DNA of 60,289 bases, the filler included, from Sphacelaria rigidula (lineage: Eukaryota), in NCBI GenBank assembly GCA_964200075.2. It is 6 parts of 6 records of this genome, joined end to end, with 100 filler letters (N's around TTAATTAATTAA, not from the genome) between each part and the next. Parts side by side here need not be neighbours in the genome. Positions count along the whole stretch, not along the records: positions 1 to 9,967 come from CAXNAA020007397.1; positions 10,068 to 20,032 come from CAXNAA020007398.1; 4 more parts are not named here. The stretch is one strand, 5' to 3'. The first letter of the stretch is position 1. Each line of letters begins with the position of its first letter. Below the pieces are notes generated by a model. The model did not search any database and was not told where the DNA came from. It saw only the letters and a list, made by a program, of their open reading frames with translations. The position numbers and the translations under genes were made by a program. Positions 1 to 10,480 of the stretch are shown here, in pieces.

Positions 1-50
1 CAACCATCAGAAGGGTACGAGGTGACCAACTGAGCCACCGGGGCGACCGG
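1..50 (-). mobile_element. 5' head of tRNA-derived SINE (cut by contig start)
   Basis: The minus strand reads CCGGTCGCCCCGGTGGCTCAGTTGG..., containing a Pol III A-box (TGGCTCAGTTGG). It matches the SINE head at 4870-4948 and shares the same 5' boundary. Confidence 0.7.
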
Positions 51-394
51 TTACGTATTATATGCGAGCTATAATACTGTCTGTGCAAACGAGACACAGT
101 GTTTGTACAGCACTCGTCATCGACCCTGCCCTGTGCTGTTCTCATGGGGTAAAGAGCTACCATGATACTGGCGAGCGAAGGACAATGAAGCAACACGCTG
201 ACTACCCGCCAGCACCAGCGACAGCAGTGGTGATGGCAGCCAAGCCACCCATGGCTGCTGTCGTGGGCTGGAGGGAGTGTTGGCGTGTGGCGAGATTTCA
301 AAGGCGTTTTCTGATAACATAAAAAGTGGGTTATCAGAAAACGCATTTTTTTTAGAATCTTCTTTATACATGAGAACCAGCCGACGGGTCACCG

Positions 395-763
395 TCAGCG
401 TCGCGTACACGGTAACATCACGCGTTAAACAACACATTACAACGCCTCAAACACTGGTGAATGAACCGCGACATGCACAGAATGAAACGTTACATTCGAA
501 CGTTACACGTGTCAACGTAACGTTATATTAGACGTTACACGTGACATTGAAACGTTTCATATTACGTTACTACATGTAACGAAACGTAACGTCATTTTTT
601 TTACGTGATGAACGTAATGTGAACGTAACGTTAAATTTTCAGATGAAACGAAAACGTAACGTTCAAATGTATTCAACGTGACATACGTAACGTAATGTAA
701 ACGTTAGATATTTTTTACGTGATGAACGTAACGTAACGTGAACGTGTAAAGTGTAGACCCCTG
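395..763. mobile_element. probable DNA-transposon end with dense AACGT/TTACG subterminal motif array
   Basis: Many AACGT(A/T) and TTAC(A)CG words occur in both orientations. The array ends sharply at GTGTAGACCCCTG (reverse complement CAGGGGTCTACAC), which resembles a hAT-type terminus. The partner end was not found. Confidence 0.45.
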
Positions 764-2919
764 GTATGTTTCTGTTTATTTCCTTTTTTTATTTTTCTTA
801 TTCTGTTTTTTTTTGCTACTCCTGACCACGGGCTGGTTTGTTGCAATCAGCTAATGTGAGATGATGAATCAATCAATCAATGAGGTACCGTATAGGTAAT
901 TTTTAGGCACCCGAAAATTGAAAATTGAAGGGGGGGGGATTCGATAGTCCAGACACCACACCACACGTAAAGGGGGATGGAAATGGTGCCCGAAACTCCG
1001 GTCCACGCGAGGGGCTACTACAGCGTTGAAATGAACAAGAACAAAGCAGGAGTACAACATTGATAGGGCTGCATAGAGAAACACGGAAGGAATAAGAGAG
1101 AAGAATCCATTCGTCTGTGGTCTCCAGGCCGAGCGTCGAGTCCGCTTCCGATCGCGAGTGTTTACAACGAGTCTGAGCGAATGTACAGTAGTAAAATAGA
1201 AAGATCGGGCCCAAATCGCGTGAACACATGACATATCTCCGGAATCGAGTGTGCCATTTTTCGAACTGGGAGAGGAGAAGACGTACAGCATTGCAACACC
1301 AAGGCGCGGAGGGAGAAGGGCTTGGAAGAAAAATATCGCAGCGTAAGTGTAAAATGAGTGATATTTTTGTCTCGGAAGCAAGAAAGGCAGGAGAGAAAAG
1401 TTGGGCCTAGGGGAAGGATGGAAACGGGTCGATTGCGCAGTTCGCAGCGGACCAATTGCACCATACGCGATGTCTGGCGAGATGCCCAGCTGGAGTCATG
1501 TGTTGTAGTTGCATCAGAAGTTGCGTACTATCGGCAGAGGAGATGTTCAATGCCCCCGCTTGCGTGATTTCGTGTGTTCGTGAGTCGTAGCTGCATGTCG
1601 TGCAAAATAAAATATTGCGTAAAAAAAACGCACGACAGTACTGTTGTGTGTACTATCTGTTGCTCAGACAAAAACACAGGTCTCCTATACTGCTGTTCGG
1701 TACTACTACCCTGTACTGCCCTGCTGTCGAAGCAAAGCTGCCCGTCTCTGACCTCCCGTGTGCGTAGTAGTCAGGGCCGAAGTGCTCATATGTTTGTGCT
1801 CGGTGCGCGATGTCGGAGGAGGCTGTGGCTTCACCGGTTGCACTCGAGTATAGCTGGAGACTTGATGAAGACTTTGGGCAGTGCTGCAACCCGAGGTTGT
1901 TGTTGGCGGTGGTGATCAAAAATAGTGACGCTCACCGTGTTGTATCGACGGAAAGTCCATTTCAACAGCAGGGCAATCGGCCCGCTCATGGCAGACAGTA
2001 TGTAGTGCCAGGGTATAGCAGTGTCTCTCATCGATCCAACACTACGTGGCTAAGACACAGGCGAAGACAAGCGCGCATCCAATGATATCCCTAGGCCTTC
2101 TTCGGAAGCGTTTTCTTGTGGTCGTTGTATCAGAGGGACCATCTTCGAACTGGGTGCTGCGCTTGGCAGCTGCGATACCATACTCTGCTGCTGTTTGGCT
2201 GAGGTATATCGGCGCTGCTGTCTTGCTGTTCAGTACAACACAGTAGCTATTAAATATTACAGAGCTACAGTGCGGTAGTGTCGGGATGAAGGAAGGCCAC
2301 CTGCAGCAATAGGCGGGCCTCATATGAATATATGATCATGAGGGAAACCCGCGATGGTCAAGGCCACATTTTGGGGGTTTCGAGTTAAAAAAAATTAGAG
2401 CTCATGAGCCCATAAATTGATGGTTGGCACATGATACTCGTAGTACATAAACAAGGTCGGCCACGTGAATTTCGGCGGGGGGTGCACGATATGGTGGTGC
2501 AGGGGAGAAGAGAGATAGCCATCCCCGCGGGCGGTTTCTACCCCGATTTGGGGGTGAAATCCACCGTTTCAGCCCATATCCTGCGAAGGGCAATACTTTT
2601 GAATGATACAAAAGATATTCAACGTGCGAAAAAAAGATGAAAACAGTTCTCATTACTCTGGGACTCCATGTACGCTTCCCCCACCCGAAAAATGGACACA
2701 CGAGTGATATCTACTCTTTTGGCGTGTTACATACGGATGACGACGGTGCACCTTAACACACAAACCCATACGAGTAGATGTAACGGGGAAAACAATGAAA
2801 CATTTTTCTCCGAGCCCTCATTTCTTCCCGGGGGATACAACCCTTTTTTTGTAGTCTCTCCCCAAATACGATGGGTGTTATCTACCGTTTTGGCTACTTA
2901 AATGGCCATTTACTTCCCC

Positions 2920-4345
2920 ATGAATGGTGACGCCCCTGAACATGCGGGAGGCATCGTTGAAGCGTAGCCATCCTTTCCTACTGTTTTTTTACTCCTCTCG
3001 CCCGACATGCCCTCTCCCTGGGGATGATATCAGCGAGAAGGGGTGTTATCCAACGTTTGAGCTATCCACGATCGGACAAAAATGAATATGAACACGTTAT
3101 CGGTACAAATAGAAGCCCACATTGTACACCAATTAGTTATCTTTATGTTTTTCTCAACGGAGCTACAGACATCGCGGGGAAGATGTAGTTCCATCCCCTT
3201 CCTTAGTATGCGCTGGCGCTATCATCCACGAGACGGGCAGACTGACAGTGATTTTTTTATGTTTCTGGACCCGGCTGTGGGTAATTCGAGAAGTTGGGCG
3301 CTGAAATTTTGACAGGACATTTTTATCGTCAATACGCGCAACCTTCCGGGGCATGCAACGAAAAAAAGAAGAGAAAAAAAAAGAACGTTAGAGCGATTTG
3401 AAGTTTATGCAAAACCTGGAAAAGAAATGCGGCGGCATCACTCGGGTTGTTGTGCGCACTTGTGTGCAGGAGATCCTGGTGCAATGTCGGCCAAAAATAC
3501 CTCCAATTGAGCGCAGCAGGGCATTTTTGCGTGGTGAACTTGATTAGTTTACGGTGTCACATGCAAATGCGGGATTTACTGCTGCCCAGCTCGTACCGTG
3601 GCCTGCTAAATAGGAATAACGATGCTCCTGAATTTGCGGCAGGCATGGTTGTAGCGTATTCATCCTTTCCTGCTGCTCTATGGTTCCTCTCGCCCCCCCA
3701 TCCCCTCTATTGGGGATAATATCAGCGCATCCCTCACCCGAACATTCCCAGCAGGAACAGGGTGTTATCCGACGTGTTCACTATATGTGGCCGGACAACA
3801 ATAGGAAGCCTACAATCTGCTCTACCTCGTGACCCTTGTGTTTTCCTCAACGAGGCTACAGACACCGCGGGGAAGGTATTGTTCCATCCCTTCCCAAGTA
3901 CGCGCTGACGCTATCATCTACCGTGGGGGGCTTTGATAACAATGGTGATGCCCCTGAACACGCGGAAGGCATACTTGGGGCGCATTCATCCTACCCCACT
4001 GCTTCATGACTCCGCTCGCCCCCCATCCCCTTCCCGGGGATAATATCAGCGCATCTTCTACCCGAACATCCTCAGCAGGAGGGGGGGGGGAGGGGTGTCA
4101 TCCACACTGTTCATCATTTGCGGCCGGACAAACATGGATGTGAACACGCGACCGGTGCCAATAGAAACCCTGCGATCTACCGTAACTAGTAACACATTTT
4201 GCTTTTTCTTTGCGGGACACAAAATATCCCAGGAGTATTATTGTCTCACCCCCTTCTCTCAAGCACGCGCTGAGGTTATAATCCACCGTAAGGGCCTGTT
4301 AAATACGAATGGCGACGCCCCTCAATACGCGAGTGGTAACTAGAA
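2920..4345 (+). repeat. diverged tandem repeat with units of about 325-370 bp (4 starts)
   Basis: The anchor AATGGTGAYGCCCCTGAAYAYGCG recurs at about 2923, 3615, 3941 and 4308. The first three are followed by shared blocks such as CCTCTCGCCC, GGGATAATATCAGCG and CGGACAA. Confidence 0.7.
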
Positions 4346-4364
4346 CGTATCATGTCTCGGACGA

Positions 4365-5390
4365 CTTGACCTTAGACCGCGGTGCGGGTAGTCCATCTGG
4401 ATTACTATACTTTTTTCAAGTAAAAATTGATGCCTGCGACTGGGCCTCCACGACGACCAAAGAGGCTGGTTACGAATGACGTGTCTGGCGTCTGCACGAA
4501 ACAGTGGCTTTATGTCGGTGAAAGTCCACGTATGTCACCGGAGTGTTAGTAGGAGGACCGAAAGTTTTATCCAAACTATTTTCAGGAGCGGGGGTGTGTG
4601 TGTTATCGTCCCATTTATGCTGGGCGCCGGTCTACACCGTTCGGATGTGTGGGCGCAACAGCCGGGGTCACACAGGAATAAGGCGAACACAGGAGTGTTT
4701 TTATTTCGTTTTTTAGTTCTCCACCGTCCTTCTGCGGTGCTTGCCTTTATTTTTTATCGCGAGAGGGGTTCAGCAGTCCCATTCGCTCGTCGACCACAGT
4801 AAGTCGGATTTGTGTACCCACGACATAGTCGCTCTCCACTGTTAGGCATTTTGTGAGAGAAAAAAACCTAGATCGCTCCGAGATTCGAACCCACAACCCG
4901 ACCGTCAGAAGGCTTCGAGGTTACCAACTGAGTCACCTGGGTGACCGGCTCGGAGGTACAAACTGCGATTCGGGTGGGGTGCGCATCAGGTAATACACAG
5001 ATGTAGCAAGCAGTATGGGTCGCCGCAGAGAGCTTTCAACAGGATGTGGTGACCGGCGGGCCGCCCGCCACTTGTGGCTGACTATGTGATTGTCCCCATC
5101 ACCTTGCCACACAGTCATTCGTGGTCGGGGTGGGTCGCGATTTCCCTTTTTATTGTAAGCGTCAAGTTCTCTTCGAAGGGCATGGGCGTTGCGGCGCACA
5201 TGCAGTACAGTACAGTACGCCTCTCCGACTGCAGCAGCAGCTGCCGCTGCATACTCCCTTACACGTTCTGGGCAGTTCTCCGCAACGGAGATCAGCTGCC
5301 CACAGACAGCTTGTTCGTTCCCGTCGACTACATACGACCTCACTGCATGCTGTACCGCCTCAGCACAGGGATACGCAGAACTCATTTTCT
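4365..5390. mobile_element. interspersed repeat family (unclassified non-autonomous element), here interrupted by a SINE
   Basis: Reverse-complement homologues lie at about 35190-35930 and 59630-59900, e.g. GCCAGACACGTCATT...ACCAGCCTC and AAGTGGCGGGCGGCCCGCCGGTCACC. Partial matches lie at about 31690-31800 and 59215-59280. Confidence 0.7.
4595..4948 (-). mobile_element. tRNA-derived SINE, near full length
   Basis: The minus-strand head has an A-box TGACTCAGTTGG (4924-4935) and a B-box GGTTCGAATC (4882-4891). The body matches 19790-19880 and ends in a (CA)n-like tail. Confidence 0.75.
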
Positions 5391-6726
5391 TTCTAGCTCC
5401 ATCTCTCGTTCCATGGGGTCGCGTTGCTAGATTCAGTCGCCTTGTGGAGATGACCACACGTATAGTAGGGTACGCTTCTCCTGTATTTCCTCCGAGTACG
5501 CTGTGTTGGTGTAATACTATGTTTTACTGTAGGAGGGTGACCCAAAATAAACTCGGGGAAATGGGTGAAGGGCCTATAAAGAATGCAAGTGAATGACACG
5601 AACGGGAAAAAGTTCCTCGACCACCACGGCTTTTTTTTACTTCCAAGGCTTTTTTGTGGACCAGAGACAGGGTACACACGCAAACTCGGCAGTGATATAT
5701 CACTCCCGGCGACAGCCCCCCCCACTGGTCGTTCGGATGTGGTCGATAAATTTCGCCTTGCCGTGATTGGGCGGATCCCTCCCAGACTTTTTATTTTATT
5801 TTACTAACGCAAGGTGAACCCCTTGTTACTAAAGATTAGTCCCAAAAGGGTTGATGATTCGTCTGTAAATTACTCGATTTTAATGTAATTGGTTCGCACT
5901 GCACGAAACAATCCTTGAGCTTTCAGCGTTTCAACCCAGGGACGTGGAATGGCGCGAAAATTGCGTAGAGACCTTTTTGACCAGCGGTCAACTTTATTCT
6001 GTCTTGCAAGCAATCACGCCTGGAAAATCGTAGATGCAATGATTCGAACCGGCGATGATTTGTCCGAACCGTGCGACGTATGCATCCTATTTCCGGGTCT
6101 GAGACCACGCTTTCCCCCCTTCCCGACGATGAGATAATCGTGTCTCCTCGCCAAACACCCTCATCCGGAGAGGATATTATTTGACGCATTAGCCGTTTGC
6201 GGATGAACATGATGCTAATTGCATGATGAGAGGTACCATTAAGATACGGACAACCTCATGATGTACTCCCAGGATAGTGAGGAGCATCACCGTTCGCTTG
6301 TGATGGGCCAAAACGCAGAATAGCACCCCCCGGGAGCAGCTCTGCTACTTTTTTACAGTATGTGGCAATGATGCCCATGATGAAAATAATGCAAAAAGTA
6401 CTTGTCGTAACCATCACGGCAAAAGCACTTGTTTTGTGCACCACGTGTAGCGTTCCCCGCATTACAACCAACGTTTTCGGAAGATGTTGATGCACCAGAA
6501 ATAAAAAAGCAAAGTCAGTGAGGCAAAAATTGTAATCTACCGTCAGAATTCTCGGTCTCCGGGGGGGCTTTTTGCCGCCGAAAAAGCGCTACTGATTGAT
6601 TCGGTGGGAGGGGGGCCTTTTGTTGTTTTTCCCACCCTGGTGCTGACTCTTTTGGCAGTTGACTCGCGAGACTCGCGAAGTGAGCGAAAAGACTTGACGC
6701 ATCGGGTTCCACGTTGAGTAAGCTCT

Positions 6727-6932
6727 GCTTGTCAGCCCACGAAATCGCCCAACCTTTAACGTGATCAATCGATGATGGATGGACGGATTGATGCATGGAT
6801 CGCACATGTGTGTGTCAAAAATATACGTGCTTGTCAGCCCACGAAATCGCTCAACCTTTCACGTGATCAATTGATGATGGGTGGACGGATTGATGCATGA
6901 ATCGCACATGTGTGTGTCCAAAAATATACGTG
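6727..6932 (+). repeat. 102-bp direct tandem duplication
   Basis: GCTTGTCAGCCCACGAAATCGC...AAAATATACGTG occurs at 6727 and again at 6829 with few mismatches. Confidence 0.9.
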
Positions 6933-7575
6933 TCAAATTTGCAACCCCCTCCCCCCCCCCCTCCCCCTTTTTCTCACCAGAAAAGTACCGAAAAGCGCCC
7001 GGGGGCAGGATCCCAACCCCTTCACTTCTCATTTAGACCAAAATTAGCGTGCTGGGCTCAACAAGTTTTGACTGTCCGCTGCCCCTCCGCCCTAATCATT
7101 TTTGACGTTATCTTGCATCTGCACAGCAGGATTACAAGGCATATCGCCTCCTACACACTGGGTATCTTTTCCCTGCCGGCCGACCCCGGCTACGGACCCG
7201 TCAGGGCGGAAGAAGGAACAAACAGTTTTTGCTGCTTCATCTTCAGGGCAAATATTCGCGGGAAAATACGGACACTCTGCGAGTAGATTTGTTGTTTTCT
7301 TTCCCGCTATTATTGGAGGAGGTGTCATTTATTTTTACAGTTCTTCCCCCTGCTTCTTTTTTTTTTCTCTTCGGCAATTTCTCCCGGTTGGGGGCGTGGG
7401 AGTTGGGTCGGTTCATCATCCAAAATCGGTTTCGCTTTTTGGGATCCGAGACTGGGGGCGGAGGAAGCCGGTAACGGTTTCGGCGTCCTGCAAGAGTTAC
7501 TCTTTTCTGTGAGCATTGGACTCAATCGGATCACCTAAACAGCTTCAGCGGATCCCACCGGGTTGATCGTCGGAG

Positions 7576-9281
7576 ATGCCATCTTCGGGGTTGGAAGAGA
7601 GGCTGGTGGCGAAGCAGCCAGTTTCGCGTCGAGTGAGTATTTTATTGCACCACATAGGGAGGTCGATTGATATGGCTCGGACAGATCGTTTTTTGTCGTC
7701 TTTTTTTTTGTTCTAGTTCATGAACGATGAGCCAAGGTCCCATGTGTACCTACCGCGTATGTACCAACCCACCACACCCCCCACCCCCACCCCCCCCCCC
7801 CCCCCCCCCCCCCCAACCCCCTCACGCCCCCACACCACCACCACGCCNNNNNNNNNNTTTTTTGTTCTTGGTCGTGGGAGATGCCCCCGGGGGGGTGGGG
7901 GGCCAGCCGGGTGGGGACCCACCCCCCCCCCCCCCCCCTCCCTGTCCTCCTGAAGAAAAAAAGAGGAGAAACCTGTCGGAAGATTTTTCCGTGTGCGGAG
8001 ACTATAAGGTAGGTACGCTGCGGCCTGGGACTTGGAGCTCACTGTTTAGCGAACGACGAGAACAGTGAGTCATTTTCCATGTGCTCCTTATGCTGCCGGT
8101 TCTCCTATGGTGCAAACGCTCATATTCATATATATATTGTACACAACACATGGTGTGTGCGATATGTGCAAGATTCGAATAACCGGCCGAAATAACATGA
8201 CTTGCGATACTGGACCTGCCACGCGTCAACGTTTTTGTGGTTTTATTGCATACATGCATATTTACATGCTTTTGCTGGTTTTTTGTTTGTATTTGTATTA
8301 TTATTTTTCAACGTCTTGGTCTGCTATGTCATTCTGTTCGATTTTTTTCTGTTCCTTCTTTTCTTCAGCGAGTGTTCCGGTTTTGTTTTTCTTAGGTACG
8401 CCCACCATGCGACCACGGCTGGACCCCTGGGGGGTCAGTTAAAGTGCGACAATCAATCAATCAACATGCTTGTGTGTTTGCTTGTGTGTTGCTCTCAGAG
8501 CCGTGCACGGGTTCAGACGGGTACACCGCAACCGCGACAAGGGCGGCGAAAGGACGTGTTCGAGCAACGATACGGATACTCTTGGGACTTGTGCATGGTG
8601 TTTCCCACGGAGGTGAGACGAGACGACTCATTTTCACGCCTCTTCGATGACTGACGCGTTGGAACATGACCACTTGATCGAAGATGCACTGTTGTTATCG
8701 TTGACGCTTCTCTTTGCGGCTGATATCTACGGAGACCCTTTTTTTACACCGCGTGATTTTGATTGATCGGATCCACGTGGCCGTATTTATCTTTTCACAT
8801 TACAACCTTCTTCAGGATCCGGAGCCCTGGTACGCTGAACAAGTCATGCAGAATGTTGCATTTTCACGGTACTTGTTTTTTATTCTGAACTTTTTATCCA
8901 CTAAGAATGTAGTGCCATTACATGTGCACAAACACCCAACGCGCAAGTACATGGTGCGCACATTTTATGGGCTCTTCGAAGCTTACCACCCGGCAGTGTA
9001 TTTGTATCATCTTCTATTCAAGTATTCTTTGTAGAATCAAGAACAGTTTTGTATTTATTTTTGTGCATATATGCACCCCGGAGACGTTTTGTTTGCAACT
9101 CAAGAGCACCGCATTTTTATTTTTATTTTTTTCTGTTATTCTTTATTTTTAATTTTTATTTTTGGCAGCCACGAGTGGGAACTCCCACTGCTGACTCAAT
9201 CGTCAGGAAGCTCACTAATGCCGGACTGGAAACCCACCTCTACCTCTCTGTACAAGAAGATGAGATTATCTGCAAGATCAG
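7576..9281 (+). CDS. anoctamin/TMEM16-like protein, N-terminal exons (7576-7632, 8499-8612, 9169-9281; 3' partial)
   Basis: Three GT-AG exons join in phase to give MPSSGLEERLVAKQPVSRR/SRARVQ...RYGYSWDLCMVFPTE/PRVGTPTADSIVRKLTNAGLETHLYLSVQEDEIICKIR. The pattern D-x-x-MVF ... L..AGL ... S...DEI..KI is typical of the anoctamin cytosolic N-terminal domain. Exon 1 is the least certain. Confidence 0.65.
8330..8464 (+). mobile_element. 3' end of a non-LTR retroelement/SINE with (CAAT)n tail
   Basis: The sequence CACGGCTGGACCCCTGGGGGGTCAGTTAAAGTGCGACAATCAATCAATC has related copies at about 27845-27972 (+), 38822-38960 (-), 34555-34700 (-), 36380-36478 (+) and 11300-11370 (+). Confidence 0.65.
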
Positions 9282-9331
9282 GTAAGCGCCAAAAGAGTCA
9301 AAAAGGAGGCGGGGGCCGTGGGGGGGAGGGT

Positions 9332-9800
9332 GTACTCATTTGTTGTTTGTATTAGTCGTTTGATCATTGACCACGCATCCCTTCCGAGGTGGAGCACCCG
9401 TTCCCAATAGAGGCGCCTCCAACATTAAGGTGCTCATTACGTTTCGTCCATACAGTACACAAAAACCTTTTATATATCTCATCCCCGTCCTGTTTCGCCG
9501 TCTGTGGCCACCATATATCTCCTAGCATAGCCATCGTTTTCCCCCTACCGTTTAATGTACCAGACGATCTCATGCCACCTTCATTCACGTCCCGCATTTC
9601 CCCGTCTAGTACGTCCCGTTCCTCCTTTTGTTATTCACATCCTGCCACTGTATGAGTTTTGCTCTCTATTGCTTTGCCACAGGGGCAATTCCGTGCATCC
9701 AGTTCCTACTCCTCTCGACGACTGGTATTTGCTGCCTTCGTACCCGTATTTCCGCCAATACCCTTTCTGTTGGTTTCGTTGTGGCGAAGTGATGTATTTC
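9332..9800 (-). mobile_element. 5'-truncated LINE 3' fragment (intronic)
   Basis: The reverse complement matches 41230-41672, covering the C-terminal Cys/His region and the 3' end ...CAACAAATGAGTAC followed by a C-run. Confidence 0.75.
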
Positions 9801-9967
9801 GATTGATGACTCTTGTGCTCTCTTATTTTGCTCTCTTTCCGAAAAGAGATGGTGGTAGAAAGCCTTCTGTTTCTTGTCGCTATCCGCCCAGGGAAAGAAT
9901 ACTCGGGATGATATTCCACAAAGGTGTGCTTCATTCCCCCCCCCATCATGAGTACACCCCCCCCCCC

Positions 9968-10067
9968 NNNNNNNNNNNNNNNNNNNNNNNNNNNNNNNNN
10001 NNNNNNNNNNNTTAATTAATTAANNNNNNNNNNNNNNNNNNNNNNNNNNNNNNNNNNNNNNNNNNNN
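9968..10067. other. artificial contig-join linker
   Basis: N44-TTAATTAATTAA-N44, with stop codons in all six frames. Confidence 0.97.
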
Positions 10068-10150
10068 GGGGGCGGGGGGGGGGGGGGGAGAGAGGGGGGG
10101 GGTGTTCTACTGAAAAGAAAAGTTTGGGGGGGGGGGGGGGGGGGGGGGGC

Positions 10151-10252
10151 GTACTCATTCGTTGCTTGCCTTAATCGTTTGACCATTGACCACGCATCCC
10201 TTTCGAGACGGAGCACCGTTTCTACTCTTAATCGAGACACCCCCAACATTGC
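10151..10252 (-). mobile_element. short LINE 3'-end copy (similar copies at 10760-10852, 12219-12285, 12876-12945)
   Basis: A G-run precedes GTACTCATTCGTTGCTTGCCTTAATCGTTTGACCATTGACCACGCATCCCTTTCGAGACGGAGCACCG. Same family as 41560-41672. Confidence 0.75.
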
Positions 10253-10294
10253 CACTTGGTAGGGGTGTGAACTTTCTCGGAAATGTATAATTTC

Positions 10295-10480
10295 GAATAA
10301 CTCTAACCCTAACCCTGACTCTAACCATCACCCCGACGAAAACATACTGAGAACCCTCGGGCGAAAGGGGTGCAAAGTGTTTCCTAGGCAAAGTGCGCGG
10401 TGCCAGACTTCAAATGTTAGACAAAAACGCGTTTTCGGCACGCTAGGATCACGTCTGGAGCGCAGCCCCCGTTGAAGGTC
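10295..10480 (+). repeat. interspersed repeat with telomere-like (AACCCT)n motif
   Basis: TAACCCTAACCCT...GAGAACCCTC...CCTAGGC...GCCAGAC.TCAAAT. Copies occur at 58540-58720 (+), 19600-19790 (-) and about 32685-32820 (-). Confidence 0.7.

Noticed and set aside
2042-2323. Minus-strand exon/ORF (KTAAPIYLSQ...)
   Set aside because: The acceptor is plausible, but there is no recognisable domain or partner exon.
7952-8064. Extra anoctamin exon ending in /gtgagt
   Set aside because: It has no clear acceptor, lies next to an N-gap and C-runs, and its phase does not fit the 8499 exon.
10012-10023. TTAATTAATTAA palindrome recurring every ~10 kb as a biological periodic signal
   Set aside because: It is always centred in N-runs of identical length, so it is an assembly linker with six-frame stops.
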